Below are positions 38,861 through 49,738 of a DNA stretch of 64,000 nt, one piece after another. The notes beneath the pieces are model-generated. The model made no database searches. It was not told the DNA's origin and saw nothing but the letters and a program-made list of their open reading frames with translations. This DNA is from an uncultured Flavobacterium sp. Lineage in GTDB: Bacteria > Bacteroidota > Bacteroidia > Flavobacteriales > Flavobacteriaceae. The stretch lies in assembly GCA_964485115.1 (NCBI GenBank), contig CAZAHJ010000003.1:3229-67228 (forward strand), read 5' to 3'. Made by a program: the position numbers and the translations under genes. Every line of letters begins with the position of its first letter. Position 1 is the stretch's first letter.

Positions 38861-39793
38861 CTACTTCACATCCATCAACTCCACATCAAATACTAAAGTT
38901 GCGTTTGGTGGAATTACCCCTCCTGCTCCTCTAGATCCGTATGCCAAGTCGGATGGAATTACAAATCTTGCTTTGTCACCAACTTGCAACAATTGAATGC
39001 CTTCGTCCCAACCCGGAATCACTTGTCCGATTCCTAAAACAAAGTCAATAGGTTGCTTGCGTTTGTAAGAAGAATCGAAAACCAATCCGTTGGTTAATGC
39101 TCCTGAGTAGTGAACAGAAACCTTTTTGCCTTTGGTTGCCTTGGTGCCATTTCCTTTTTGAATAATTTGGTAACGCAAACCTGAAGCGGTTTTTTCAAAA
39201 CCAGAACTGTGCTTGTCTAATTCTTCTTCTGCTCTTTTCTTTTCATCTGCCAAACGCTTTTCTCTGGAACCTTCAAACGTTCTAAAAGCTTCCACTGCAT
39301 TCCATTTTTCAGCTTCTTCTCCCACACGAATAATTTCTACTTTCTCCATTTTATCGTCTTGGGAAATGGCATCTACCACTTCTTGTCCTTCTACCACATG
39401 ACCAAAAACGGTATGTTTGTTATCTAACCAAGAAGTCTCCACGTGGGTAATAAAAAACTGAGAACCATTGGTTCCTGGTCCTGCATTTGCCATAGAAAGT
39501 ACACCTGGACCATTGTGTTTTAAATCAGGATGAAACTCATCGTCAAACTGATATCCAGGACCACCAACTCCGGTTCCTTGCGGGCAACCTCCTTGTACCA
39601 TAAAATCAGCAATCACTCTATGAAATTTCAAACCATCATAGTAGGCAGTACCCATAGGCTTTACTTTGTTTTCTAATTGTCCTTCTGCCAAAGCCACAAA
39701 ATTCCCCACCGTTCCTGGAGTTTTATCATGGGTAAGTTTCACTATAATGTTTCCTTTGTTGGTGTGAAACTTTGCGTAAATTCCGTTTTCCAT
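38861..39793 (-). CDS. Dual-domain peptidyl-prolyl isomerase: N-terminal cyclophilin + C-terminal FKBP
   Basis: Cyclophilin: [33 protein letters not shown]: [18 protein letters not shown]...GWDEG...AYG...[13 protein letters not shown]. Confidence 0.9.
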   Translation of the reverse strand: MENGIYAKFHTNKGNIIVKLTHDKTPGTVGNFVALAEGQLENKVKPMGTAYYDGLKFHRVIADFMVQGGCPQGTGVGGPGYQFDDEFHPDLKHNGPGVLSMANAGPGTNGSQFFITHVETSWLDNKHTVFGHVVEGQEVVDAISQDDKMEKVEIIRVGEEAEKWNAVEAFRTFEGSREKRLADEKKRAEEELDKHSSGFEKTASGLRYQIIQKGNGTKATKGKKVSVHYSGALTNGLVFDSSYKRKQPIDFVLGIGQVIPGWDEGIQLLQVGDKARFVIPSDLAYGSRGAGGVIPPNATLVFDVELMDVK

Positions 39794-39852
39794 TATTATT
39801 TTTAGTTAAGTTCTTATATTTAATTTAGTTTACCTTTCAAAAGAATCGGTTG

Positions 39853-39860
39853 CAAAAATA
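39853..39860 (-). promoter_or_regulatory. Candidate -7 box (TATTTTTG) for the dual PPIase gene
   Basis: TAnnTTTG match about 59 nt before ATG 39793. Confidence 0.35.
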
Positions 39861-39966
39861 AGGGTTTTGAATCAAGGATGCAATTACCGAATAATAACAA
39901 AGTCAAGAAAGTGGTAATTAACAATATATTCGCAACCTGTGTAGTAAAAAAAATATTATTTTACTA

Positions 39967-39974
39967 TACTTTTG
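39967..39974 (+). promoter_or_regulatory. Candidate -7 box (TACTTTTG) for uvrA
   Basis: TAnnTTTG match 25 nt before ATG 40000. Confidence 0.45.
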
Positions 39975-39999
39975 TAGTTCGCGTTTTTTTGAAAAATTC

Positions 40000-42834
40000 A
40001 TGCAAACAACTACAGATACCATTGAGGTTTTAGGAGCTAGAGTACACAATTTAAAAAACCTGGATGTTTCCATTCCAAGGGAGAAATTGGTGGTGATTAC
40101 CGGACTTTCGGGTTCCGGAAAATCATCTTTGGCTTTTGATACCATTTATGCAGAAGGACAACGCAGGTATGTAGAAACTTTTTCTGCCTATGCCCGTCAG
40201 TTTTTAGGTGGATTAGAACGTCCGGATGTGGATAAAATTGATGGCTTGTCCCCGGTAATTGCCATTGAACAAAAAACCACCAACAAGAGTCCACGCTCTA
40301 CTGTTGGAACCATTACGGAGATTTATGATTTTTTCCGATTGTTGTTTGCACGTGCATCCAATGCTTACAGCTACAATACCGGAATAAAAATGGTTTCTTA
40401 TTCTGACGATCAAATTGTAGATATCATTCAAGAGCAATTTGCAAACCACAAAGTGGCATTTTTAGCACCGGTTGTTCGTGCTCGGAAAGGGCATTATGGG
40501 GAATTGTTTCAACAAATTTCCAAACAAGGATTTTTAAAAGTTCGAGTGGATGGAGTAATTGTTGACATTACTCCCGGAATGAAAGTGGACAGATACAAAA
40601 CCCACGATATTGAAATTGTAGTAGATAGAATGTTGGTTGGTACTACCGAAACAGACCAAAAACGAATTTACGAAAGCGTAAAAACCAGCATGCATCATGG
40701 AGATGATTTGATGATGGTAATTAACTTAAACAACCAACAATTGCGGTATTTCAGCAGAACATTGATGTGCCCGGATACCGGAATTTCTTACCCAAATCCG
40801 GAGCCTAATAGTTTTTCGTTCAATTCACCGAAGGGAGCTTGTGAAACTTGCAATGGCTTAGGTATGGTGCACCATTTGAATTTAGAAAAAATCATTCCAA
40901 ATCCAAAACTTTCTATCAAACAAGGAGGGTTGGCTCCCATTGGAGAATACAAAACCACCTGGATTTTTAAGCAAATAGAAACCATTTTAGAACGCTTCGG
41001 CCACAAAATAACCGAACCGATAGAGAATTTATCTGAGGAAGCCCTGCAGATGATTTTGCATGGTGGCAATGAACGAATTACCATAGCTTTTAAAACTTTA
41101 GGAGTAAATAAAGAATACCAAATTGATTTTGAAGGAATTGCCTCATTTATTGAAAAGCAGCATGAGGAAGCTACATCAAGCAGCATCAAACGTTGGGCTA
41201 AGGAGTTTATGGATGAAAAATCCTGTTCAGATTGTGGTGGAAGCAGATTAAAAAAAGAAGCTCTTTTTTTTCAATTGGCTGGAAAAAACTTAGGTGATTT
41301 GGTGCAGATGGACTTGCAAGATTTGCAACAATGGGTAGAAAATTTACCAAAACACTTGGAGGCCAAACAACTTAAAATTGCTGAGGAAATTTTAAAAGAA
41401 ATCAAAACCAGATTGCAGTTTTTACTAGATGTTGGATTGGGATATTTAAACCTCAACCGAAGTTCCAAAACCCTTTCCGGTGGAGAAGCACAACGAATTC
41501 GTTTGGCCACTCAAATTGGTTCACAATTGGTGGGTGTTTTGTATATTTTAGACGAACCAAGCATTGGTTTGCATCAACGAGATAACGACAGATTAATCCA
41601 ATCCTTAAAGCAACTTCGCGATGTTGGCAACTCGGTTTTGGTGGTGGAACACGACAGAGACATGATTGAACAAGCCGACTATGTGATAGATATTGGTCCT
41701 AAGGCTGGTTATTATGGCGGACAAATTGTTTCGATAGGTGAGCCTAAACAGATGTTTTTAGAAAATACCCTCACTGCAAAATATTTGCGAAATGAGTTGA
41801 TGATTGAAGTACCTAAAACTCGTAGAAAAGGCAATGGCAAACAATTGGTATTAAAAGGTGCCAAAGGGAATAATTTGAAAAACGTTTCCGCAACTTTTCC
41901 GTTAGGCACATTAATTTGCGTTACCGGGGTATCCGGAAGCGGAAAATCAACATTAATCAACGAAACGCTTTATCCTATATTAAACCAACATTTTTACCAT
42001 GCAGTAAAAGAACCTCTTCCATATGATTCGATCAAAGGTTTGGAACACTTGGACAAGGTGATTGACATTGACCAAAGTCCGATAGGAAGAAGCCCAAGAA
42101 GCAATCCGGCTACCTACACCGAAGTTTTTTCAGAAATCAGAAACTTATTTACCAAAACTCCTGAGGCTATGATTAGAGGGTACAAACCAGGAAGATTTAG
42201 TTTTAATGTTTCTGGTGGGAGATGTGAAACCTGCGAAGGATCGGGCATCAAAAAAATAGAAATGAATTTTTTACCCGATGTGTATGTAACTTGCGAAACT
42301 TGCATGGGAAAACGCTTTAACAGAGAAACTTTAGAAATTAGATACAAAGGAAAATCTATTTCGGACATTTTAGACATGACTATTGACGATGCTGTGGTAT
42401 TTTTTGAAAATATCCCGAAAATTCATCGAAAAATAAAAACCATCCAAGAAGTTGGTTTGGGTTATTTAACGTTAGGGCAACAAAGTACCACTCTATCTGG
42501 TGGAGAAGCACAACGCATCAAATTAGCATCGGAACTATCTAAAAAAGATACCGGAAACACTTTTTATATTTTAGACGAACCGACTACCGGATTGCATTTT
42601 GAAGATGTACGTGTATTGATGGAAGTAATTGAAAAGTTAGTGGTGAAAGGAAACACCGTTTTAATTATTGAGCACAATTTAGATGTAATCAAGTTAGCAG
42701 ATTACATTATTGATATTGGCCCAGAAGGTGGAAAATATGGTGGCAAAATAGTTGCATCAGGAACTCCGGAAGAAGTATGTAAAGCAAAAGGAAGCATTAC
42801 TGCACCTTATCTAAAAAAAGAATTGAATCATTAA
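40000..42834 (+). CDS. uvrA: Excinuclease ABC subunit A
   Basis: 944 aa. Two ABC modules ([18 protein letters not shown], two LSGGEAQRI signatures) and Zn-finger Cys clusters. Confidence 0.97.
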   Translation: MQTTTDTIEVLGARVHNLKNLDVSIPREKLVVITGLSGSGKSSLAFDTIYAEGQRRYVETFSAYARQFLGGLERPDVDKIDGLSPVIAIEQKTTNKSPRSTVGTITEIYDFFRLLFARASNAYSYNTGIKMVSYSDDQIVDIIQEQFANHKVAFLAPVVRARKGHYGELFQQISKQGFLKVRVDGVIVDITPGMKVDRYKTHDIEIVVDRMLVGTTETDQKRIYESVKTSMHHGDDLMMVINLNNQQLRYFSRTLMCPDTGISYPNPEPNSFSFNSPKGACETCNGLGMVHHLNLEKIIPNPKLSIKQGGLAPIGEYKTTWIFKQIETILERFGHKITEPIENLSEEALQMILHGGNERITIAFKTLGVNKEYQIDFEGIASFIEKQHEEATSSSIKRWAKEFMDEKSCSDCGGSRLKKEALFFQLAGKNLGDLVQMDLQDLQQWVENLPKHLEAKQLKIAEEILKEIKTRLQFLLDVGLGYLNLNRSSKTLSGGEAQRIRLATQIGSQLVGVLYILDEPSIGLHQRDNDRLIQSLKQLRDVGNSVLVVEHDRDMIEQADYVIDIGPKAGYYGGQIVSIGEPKQMFLENTLTAKYLRNELMIEVPKTRRKGNGKQLVLKGAKGNNLKNVSATFPLGTLICVTGVSGSGKSTLINETLYPILNQHFYHAVKEPLPYDSIKGLEHLDKVIDIDQSPIGRSPRSNPATYTEVFSEIRNLFTKTPEAMIRGYKPGRFSFNVSGGRCETCEGSGIKKIEMNFLPDVYVTCETCMGKRFNRETLEIRYKGKSISDILDMTIDDAVVFFENIPKIHRKIKTIQEVGLGYLTLGQQSTTLSGGEAQRIKLASELSKKDTGNTFYILDEPTTGLHFEDVRVLMEVIEKLVVKGNTVLIIEHNLDVIKLADYIIDIGPEGGKYGGKIVASGTPEEVCKAKGSITAPYLKKELNH

Positions 42835-42845
42835 AAAATAACCAT

Positions 42846-43571
42846 ATGTCTATGAACGAATACGAAAACGAAGACCACAGAATTCAAGCAAAGTTTCAAC
42901 AAAAAACTTGGAACGAGATAAGAACCAACGACTCTTGGGCAATTTTTAAAATCATGTCAGAGTTTGTAAATGGTTTTGAAACCATGGGAAGAATCGGACC
43001 TTGTGTTTCTATTTTTGGATCTGCTCGAACCAAACCAGACCACGAATATTATTTATTGGCAGAAGAAATTGCCTATAAAATTAGCAAAGCCGGTTACGGA
43101 GTAATTACTGGGGGTGGCCCTGGAATTATGGAAGCAGGTAATAAGGGAGCTCACAGAGGCGGAGGAACTTCGGTAGGACTGAATATCGAATTGCCTTTTG
43201 AACAACACTTTAATCCATACATTGACAACGATAAAAACTTACAATTCGATTACTTCTTTGTTAGAAAGGTAATGTTTGTTAAATATTCTCAAGGTTTTGT
43301 GGTAATGCCTGGTGGTTTTGGCACATTAGATGAGTTGTTTGAGGCAATCACTTTAATTCAAACCAAAAAAATTGGTCGATTTCCAATTATTTTAGTTGGT
43401 TCTGAATTTTGGGGTGGGTTAATGGAATGGATTGAAAATGTATTGTTGGAAAAATATCAAAAAATTAGTCCAGTTGATATGAATTTATTCAAAATAGTAG
43501 ATTCCTCGGATGAGGTAGTAAATCATTTGAATAGTTTTTACAAGAAATACAACTTGTCTCCAAACTTCTAA
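42846..43571 (+). CDS. LOG family protein (TIGR00730, cytokinin riboside 5'-monophosphate phosphoribohydrolase-like)
   Basis: GGGPGIMEA and PGGFGTLDELFE motifs. Confidence 0.85.
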   Translation: MSMNEYENEDHRIQAKFQQKTWNEIRTNDSWAIFKIMSEFVNGFETMGRIGPCVSIFGSARTKPDHEYYLLAEEIAYKISKAGYGVITGGGPGIMEAGNKGAHRGGGTSVGLNIELPFEQHFNPYIDNDKNLQFDYFFVRKVMFVKYSQGFVVMPGGFGTLDELFEAITLIQTKKIGRFPIILVGSEFWGGLMEWIENVLLEKYQKISPVDMNLFKIVDSSDEVVNHLNSFYKKYNLSPNF

Positions 43572-43983
43572 GAAATTTGTTTTTTCAACTACCTTGGAGC
43601 AAAATTAAAATCAAAATAAGGGAGAGTAACAAATTTCGAATTGCAAGTAGTATACTTATCAAATTGTATAGTAATTTTTATGTAATGCCTTATCAATAGT
43701 ATTCTTCAGTTAATATTTTGGTTTAATAATGCATGATGCAATGGAATAATTTGAATTATTAAATTAATTATAAAAAACATATATAAAAAACAATTTAAAA
43801 TTTCAATTAAAAGAAGACTTATTGCAATAAATTGAAGTTTTTAGCTTGCAAGCAAATCTGATGCAGTATATTTATATACCTTCGGGGAATTTCATCAAAA
43901 CATGGATGTAACGTTACCAACTGGGTTTATTGGGTTAAAAAAAAGGCTTTAAGTGGGTTGTTTTAAAATTTTAAAAAAAATAA

Positions 43984-46803
43984 TTGAAAAATAAAATCTA
44001 CATATTTGGTTTGCTTTGTGTAAGCATCATAAAGTTGTACGGCCAAACTTCCATACAAGTGTTTGCCACTTTTCAGCCGGAAAAAAATCGTATGTTGGTA
44101 GAACAAAAAATTTTATTTGAAAATCAAGTCAACCAACCCATTATAAAAATTTACCTCAACGATTGGAACCATTCTTTTTCGGGGAAAGACACTCCTTTAG
44201 CTAAAAGATTCTCTGATGAGTTTATTCGAAATTTCCACCTCTCTAAAAACAGCGAAAAGGGTTTTACTTCTTTAAAATCATTGGAAGTAAAAGAACAAGA
44301 AATTAGTTGGTGCAGATTGCCTAACCAAGTAGATATTGTAGAAATCACTTTGAGTAAACCTATAGCTCCCGGAGAAAAAGTAAGCATTCAATTGCAGTAT
44401 GATATTACTTTGCCCAATACTAAATTCACCGGATTTGGACAAAATGCCCCTGATTTTTTTGCCTATCGAAATAGTTTTATCACTCCCACATTTTTCTCTA
44501 TTAAGGAACAAGTAAAATATAGTCACTTGAATATTGACGATAATGCTGCAGACCCTTTTGATATAGAAGTAAAAGTGGTATATCCTAACAATTATGATTT
44601 AACAAGTGATTTGGAAGTTACTGAACAAATTATAGAAAAAAGTTATTCTGTTAAAAAACTCTTTGGGGAAAATAAGAGAGATATCCCCTTGTTTTTTACT
44701 AAAAATCCGGTATTTTTTTCTCACAAAAATCAAAAATTAGAAGTTGTTCACAATATCCAAGACAAAAAATTAAATGCTATTCAAAAAGCGTTAATTATTA
44801 ATCGAATTATTCAATATGCAGATAGTGTAATTGGAAAATATCCACATCCAAAAATTTTGGTAACACAACAAGATTATGACAAAAACCCGTTTTACGGATT
44901 AAACCAATTACCAAGTTTTATTAGCCCGTTTGCAGATGATTTTGTATTTGAAATCAAATTTTTAAAAACTTTTTTAAATACTTATCTTAAAAATTCTTTG
45001 CAGTTAGACCAACGGAAATATAATTGGATGTTCGATGCCATACAAGTATATGTAATGATGGATTATATTGAAAAATATTATCCTGAAGAGAAAATGTTAG
45101 GTAACTTATCCAATATCAAATTAATAAAAGGGTATTATTTAACCAAATTAAAATTTAACCAACAATACAGTTATTTTTACTTGCTTATGGCTCGTAAAAA
45201 TTTAGACCAAGCCATTGGTGACTCAAAAGAAACTTTGCTCAAGTTTAATGAGCAAATAGCTGGAAAATATAGAGCTGGTTTAAGTTTGAAATATTTAGAT
45301 GATTATTTAAAAGATGATAAAATAATAATATCAGTGCAAGAATTTTACTTAAAAGGAACCAAGCAAAAAGTTACAGAACATCATTTTGAAGAAATTATTC
45401 GTTCCAAAACATCAGAAAATTTAGATTGGTATTTTCAAACCATTATCCATTCCAGAGATTGGATTGATTTTAAAATTCAAACTTTAGAAAAGAAAAACGA
45501 TTCCATTTACATATTACTTAAAAACAAAACCAAATCCAAAGTTCCGGTACCTATTTACACCTTAAAAAAAGATAGTATTCAATCCAAACAATGGATTAGA
45601 TTTCAAAGAGATACCATAGTTAAATTCCAAAACCAATCAATTGATAAGATTGTTTTGAATTACGAAAATGAAGTGCCAGAATACAATTTGCGTAATAATT
45701 GGAAAGCTACCAATGGGTTTTTATTTAAAAACAGACCACTAAAAGTGATTTTTTTTCGTGATATCGAAAATCCGTTCAACAACCAATTATTGTACATCCC
45801 AACATTTTCCTATAATATATATAACGGACCAATGTTAGGACTTCGAATTCACAACAGAACTTTATTGGATAAAGCATTTCGTTTTAGTTTGAATCCAGAG
45901 TATGCTTTAGGAACCAAAGATTTAAATGGGAGCTTTGGTGTAGAAATAAATGAAATTGAACGTGAAAATAATTGGTATAATACTACTTTGTTAATGGGAG
46001 GAAGGATATCAAATTTTGCGCCAGATGCCAAGTTTTATCGTTTTACTCCAAGTATTATTTTCAGATGGAGACCAGAGGATTTTAGAAGTAACCACATCCA
46101 GCGAATTTTAGCCAGATATGTTTTGATTAACAGAGAACCTTCTGAATTTGTAAATGTTACCGAATCAACTGTAAATTACTCATTAATAAACCTACGTTAT
46201 AACAATATTAAATCAGAATTGATTCATCACAAAGGATTTAATGTAGATGTTCAATTAGGAAATATTTTTGGCAAATTAAGTACCGAATTTGAATACCGAA
46301 AATTATTCCCCAACAACCGATTATTATCTGTTAGGGCTTATGCAGGAAGCTTTTTATACAGAAACACCACTTCTGAATTTTTTAGTTTTGGTTTAGATCG
46401 TCCAACAGATTATTTGTTTGATTACAATTTTTTAGGAGTATCAGAAACCAGTGGTTTTTGGAGTCAACAGTTTGTAATGGCAGAAGGAGGATTTAAATCT
46501 GTTTTACCCATAAGATATGCCAACCAATGGATGAGTACCTTAAACGTAAGTTACTCTATTTGGAATTGGGTGGAAGCTTATGGAGATGTAGGTGTATTGA
46601 AAAATCACTCTCAAAATGCCGTTTTTCAATATGATAGTGGTATTAGGTTGAATTTTTTACCAGATTATTTTGAATTGTATTTCCCATTATATTCTAATAA
46701 TGGATGGGAATGGAATCGGGGAAAATATGCCGAAAAAATTCGATTTGTAGTTACTTTAGAGCCCAACAGATTAACTAGTTTATTTACTAGAAAATGGTTT
46801 TAA
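43984..46803 (+). CDS. Large exported protein: M1-peptidase-like N-terminal region lacking the zinc motif, with a C-terminal outer-membrane beta-barrel-like region
   Basis: TTG start (first in-frame ATG is codon 37) gives a good signal peptide, MKNKIYIFGLLCVSIIKLYGQ. There is no HExxH anywhere in the 939 aa. The C-terminal roughly 330 aa have alternating beta-strand character and end in ...RKWF (terminal Phe). Confidence 0.6.
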   Translation: MKNKIYIFGLLCVSIIKLYGQTSIQVFATFQPEKNRMLVEQKILFENQVNQPIIKIYLNDWNHSFSGKDTPLAKRFSDEFIRNFHLSKNSEKGFTSLKSLEVKEQEISWCRLPNQVDIVEITLSKPIAPGEKVSIQLQYDITLPNTKFTGFGQNAPDFFAYRNSFITPTFFSIKEQVKYSHLNIDDNAADPFDIEVKVVYPNNYDLTSDLEVTEQIIEKSYSVKKLFGENKRDIPLFFTKNPVFFSHKNQKLEVVHNIQDKKLNAIQKALIINRIIQYADSVIGKYPHPKILVTQQDYDKNPFYGLNQLPSFISPFADDFVFEIKFLKTFLNTYLKNSLQLDQRKYNWMFDAIQVYVMMDYIEKYYPEEKMLGNLSNIKLIKGYYLTKLKFNQQYSYFYLLMARKNLDQAIGDSKETLLKFNEQIAGKYRAGLSLKYLDDYLKDDKIIISVQEFYLKGTKQKVTEHHFEEIIRSKTSENLDWYFQTIIHSRDWIDFKIQTLEKKNDSIYILLKNKTKSKVPVPIYTLKKDSIQSKQWIRFQRDTIVKFQNQSIDKIVLNYENEVPEYNLRNNWKATNGFLFKNRPLKVIFFRDIENPFNNQLLYIPTFSYNIYNGPMLGLRIHNRTLLDKAFRFSLNPEYALGTKDLNGSFGVEINEIERENNWYNTTLLMGGRISNFAPDAKFYRFTPSIIFRWRPEDFRSNHIQRILARYVLINREPSEFVNVTESTVNYSLINLRYNNIKSELIHHKGFNVDVQLGNIFGKLSTEFEYRKLFPNNRLLSVRAYAGSFLYRNTTSEFFSFGLDRPTDYLFDYNFLGVSETSGFWSQQFVMAEGGFKSVLPIRYANQWMSTLNVSYSIWNWVEAYGDVGVLKNHSQNAVFQYDSGIRLNFLPDYFELYFPLYSNNGWEWNRGKYAEKIRFVVTLEPNRLTSLFTRKWF

Positions 46804-46909
46804 TGGCATTTTTATTGAATAATTCACAATGATGAAACCTATTAATGTATTCAAAATACATATTTTTCAACAAAAATCTACTTAATTTTAAGATATTCTA
46901 AATTTTTTC

Positions 46910-46917
46910 TACATTTG
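46910..46917 (+). promoter_or_regulatory. Candidate -7 box (TACATTTG) for the fused E1 gene
   Basis: TAnnTTTG match 22 nt before ATG 46940. Confidence 0.45.
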
Positions 46918-46939
46918 TTTTTCATAAAATTTCGCAAGT

Positions 46940-49345
46940 ATGGATGCAAAAACCAAACAAAAAGATTTAACATTCGAAGATTTTAAAGCCGAAGTTTTAA
47001 ATGACTACAATATAGCTATTACCTCCCGAGAATGTTCATTGCTTGGTAGAAAAGAGGTGTTGACAGGTAAAGCCAAATTCGGAATTTTTGGAGATGGAAA
47101 AGAAATCCCGCAATTAGCAATGGCAAAAGCCTTTGAAAACGGAGATTTTCGATCAGGATACTACCGTGACCAAACTTTTATGATGGCTATTGGTGCGTTA
47201 AATTCAGTGCAGTTTTTTGCAGGTTTGTACGGTCATCCTGATGCAGATTTAGAACCAATGTCAGCCGGAAGACAAATGGGTGGACATTTTGCCACACCAA
47301 GTTTGGATGCTAACGGACAATGGAAATCCTTAAAAGACCAAAAAAATTCAAGCTCTGATATTTCTCCAACAGCCGGGCAAATGCCTCGTTTGTTAGGATT
47401 GGCACAAGCATCAAAAATTTATAGAAATGTAGAAGCGTTGCCAAAAAACAATTTGTTTTCTAACCAAGGAAATGAAGTTGCTTGGGGTACCATTGGAAAC
47501 GCTAGTACTTCTGAGGGTTTGTTTTTTGAAACCATCAATGCTGCAGGAGTGTTACAAGTCCCAATGGTAATGAGTGTTTGGGACGATGAATACGGAATTT
47601 CGGTACATGCCAAATACCAAACCACTAAAGAGAGTATCTCTGAAATATTAAAAGGTTTTCAACGTACCGAAAACCAAAGCGGTTACGAAATTTTTACCGT
47701 AAAAGGTTGGGATTATCCTGCCTTGATACAAACCTACCAACAAGCAGCAAAAATTGCCAGAGAACAGCATGTTCCTGTATTAATTCATGTACTAGAGTTA
47801 ACCCAACCGCAAGGCCACTCTACCTCAGGTTCGCATGAACGCTACAAAAGTAAAGAACGATTAGAATGGGAACAAAATTGGGATGGAATTGCCCAAATGA
47901 GAAATTGGATGTTGTCCCAAGGAATTGCTACTGAAGCCGAATTAACAGAATTGGAAACAGCTGCAAAAACAGAGGTTTTAGAGGCAAAAAAAACTGCTTG
48001 GACACAGTACATCGAGCCAATTAGAGAAGAACAAAAAGAATTGGTTTCTTTGCTTTCAGAAATTATCAGTAATCATCCGAATGGGGTGTTTATTCAACCA
48101 ATGTTGAATGAATTAAAAAGCATCAAAGAACCAAACAGAAAAGATATTTTATCTACTGCCCGAAAAGCCGTCAGACAATTGATTGGTTCCCAGCAAGCAG
48201 GAATGCTTTCCCAGTGGATTAGCGATTATAAAGAAAAAATTCAGCCAAAATACAGTGCATATTTGATGTCAGAATCAGCTCAAAAAGCCACCAATATCAA
48301 AGAGGTTTTACCTGTTTATGCAGACGAAACCACACAAGTAGATGGCAGATTGGTGTTGAGAGATAATTTTGATCAGATATTAGGCAATCATCCGGAGGTG
48401 TTGATTTTTGGGGAAGACTCCGGAAATATTGGAGATGTAAACCAAGGTTTAGAAGGTTTGCAAGAAAAATATGGCGAATTAAGAGTGAGTGATGTTGGAA
48501 TTAGAGAGGCTACCATATTAGGGCAAGGAATCGGAATGGCCATGCGTGGATTGCGACCAATTGCAGAGATTCAATATTTAGACTATTTGTTGTATGCACT
48601 GCAAATTATGAGCGACGATTTGGCAACATTGCAATACCGTACCCATGGCAAGCAAAAAGCACCTGTGATCATAAGAACACGCGGACACCGATTAGAAGGA
48701 ATTTGGCATTCAGGTTCCCCTATGGGAATGATCATTCATGCCTTAAGAGGAATTCATGTGTTGGTGCCAAGAAACATGACCAAAGCAGCTGGTTTTTACA
48801 ATACGTTGTTAGAGTCAGACGAGCCTGCTTTATTGGTGGAATGTTTGAATGGATATCGTTTAAAAGAAAAAATGCCAACCAATTTATCAGAAGTCAAAAC
48901 GCCAATTGGAGTAGTGGAAACCATTAAAACGGGTACAGATATTACTTTAGTTTCTTATGGTTCTACACTTCGTTTGGTAGAGCAAGCAGCACTAGAATTG
49001 CAAGCTTTAAACATTGATTGCGAAATTATTGATGCACAAAGTTTGCTGCCTTTTGATTTGAGGCAAGATTGTGTAAAGAGTGTGCAAAAAACCAATCGAT
49101 TGTTGGTAATTGATGAAGATGTGCCTGGTGGAGCTTCGGCATATCTTTTACAACAAATTGTGGAGGACCAAAATGGCTATGCATATTTAGATAGCAAACC
49201 GCAAACATTAACAGCTGAGGCACACCGACCTGCTTATGGTACTGATGGAGATTACTTTTCTAAACCTTCTGTAGAAGATATGGTAGAGAAAATTTATAAA
49301 ATTATGCATGAGAGCAATCCAAACAAATATCCAAAATTTATTTAA
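46940..49345 (+). CDS. Fused E1 alpha/beta 2-oxoacid dehydrogenase (TPP-dependent)
   Basis: 801 aa. The N-terminal half is E1-alpha-like. The C-terminal half is transketolase-like pyrimidine-binding plus C-terminal domain (FGEDSG..GDV, VSYGS). Confidence 0.85.
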   Translation: MDAKTKQKDLTFEDFKAEVLNDYNIAITSRECSLLGRKEVLTGKAKFGIFGDGKEIPQLAMAKAFENGDFRSGYYRDQTFMMAIGALNSVQFFAGLYGHPDADLEPMSAGRQMGGHFATPSLDANGQWKSLKDQKNSSSDISPTAGQMPRLLGLAQASKIYRNVEALPKNNLFSNQGNEVAWGTIGNASTSEGLFFETINAAGVLQVPMVMSVWDDEYGISVHAKYQTTKESISEILKGFQRTENQSGYEIFTVKGWDYPALIQTYQQAAKIAREQHVPVLIHVLELTQPQGHSTSGSHERYKSKERLEWEQNWDGIAQMRNWMLSQGIATEAELTELETAAKTEVLEAKKTAWTQYIEPIREEQKELVSLLSEIISNHPNGVFIQPMLNELKSIKEPNRKDILSTARKAVRQLIGSQQAGMLSQWISDYKEKIQPKYSAYLMSESAQKATNIKEVLPVYADETTQVDGRLVLRDNFDQILGNHPEVLIFGEDSGNIGDVNQGLEGLQEKYGELRVSDVGIREATILGQGIGMAMRGLRPIAEIQYLDYLLYALQIMSDDLATLQYRTHGKQKAPVIIRTRGHRLEGIWHSGSPMGMIIHALRGIHVLVPRNMTKAAGFYNTLLESDEPALLVECLNGYRLKEKMPTNLSEVKTPIGVVETIKTGTDITLVSYGSTLRLVEQAALELQALNIDCEIIDAQSLLPFDLRQDCVKSVQKTNRLLVIDEDVPGGASAYLLQQIVEDQNGYAYLDSKPQTLTAEAHRPAYGTDGDYFSKPSVEDMVEKIYKIMHESNPNKYPKFI

Positions 49346-49346
49346 T

Positions 49347-49676
49347 ATGCTTTCATGGGAAGATTTTGAAAAAGTAGATATGCGTGTAGGGACCATTTTG
49401 GAAGTGAAAGAATTTCCTAAAGCCAAAAAACCTGCATACCAACTCACCATTGACTTTGGTTCACTTGGAATCAAAAAATCTTCTGCACAAATCACAGATC
49501 ATTACACCTCTGAAAATTTAATCCACCAACAAGTAATTGCTGTGGTAAACTTTCCGCCAAAACAAATCGCGAATTTTATCAGCGAGTGTTTGGTTTTGGG
49601 ATTAGTAATAGAAAACGGTAGTGTTATTTTATTACAACCACAACAAAAAGTAGATGAAGGAAAAAGAGTTTGGTAA
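49347..49676 (+). CDS. tRNA-binding domain protein (CsaA/YgjH-like)
   Basis: DFEKVDMRVGTILEV...KPAYQLTIDFG...SAQIT pattern. ATG 49347 is preferred; it lies 1 nt after the upstream stop. Confidence 0.8.
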   Translation: MLSWEDFEKVDMRVGTILEVKEFPKAKKPAYQLTIDFGSLGIKKSSAQITDHYTSENLIHQQVIAVVNFPPKQIANFISECLVLGLVIENGSVILLQPQQKVDEGKRVW

Positions 49677-49738
49677 ACAAGTACCTAATTCTAACAATAT
49701 AACTTATAAGCTGAATTCGGATTTCGCAAAGACTTATT

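Noticed and set aside
43572-43983. oriC candidate (also 63508-63939), given the AT-richness and proximity of recF and parAB
   Set aside because: The best DnaA-box-like strings match the TTATCCACA consensus at only 6-7 of 9 positions (TTATCAAAT, TTTTACACA). There is no cluster of good boxes and dnaA is not adjacent.
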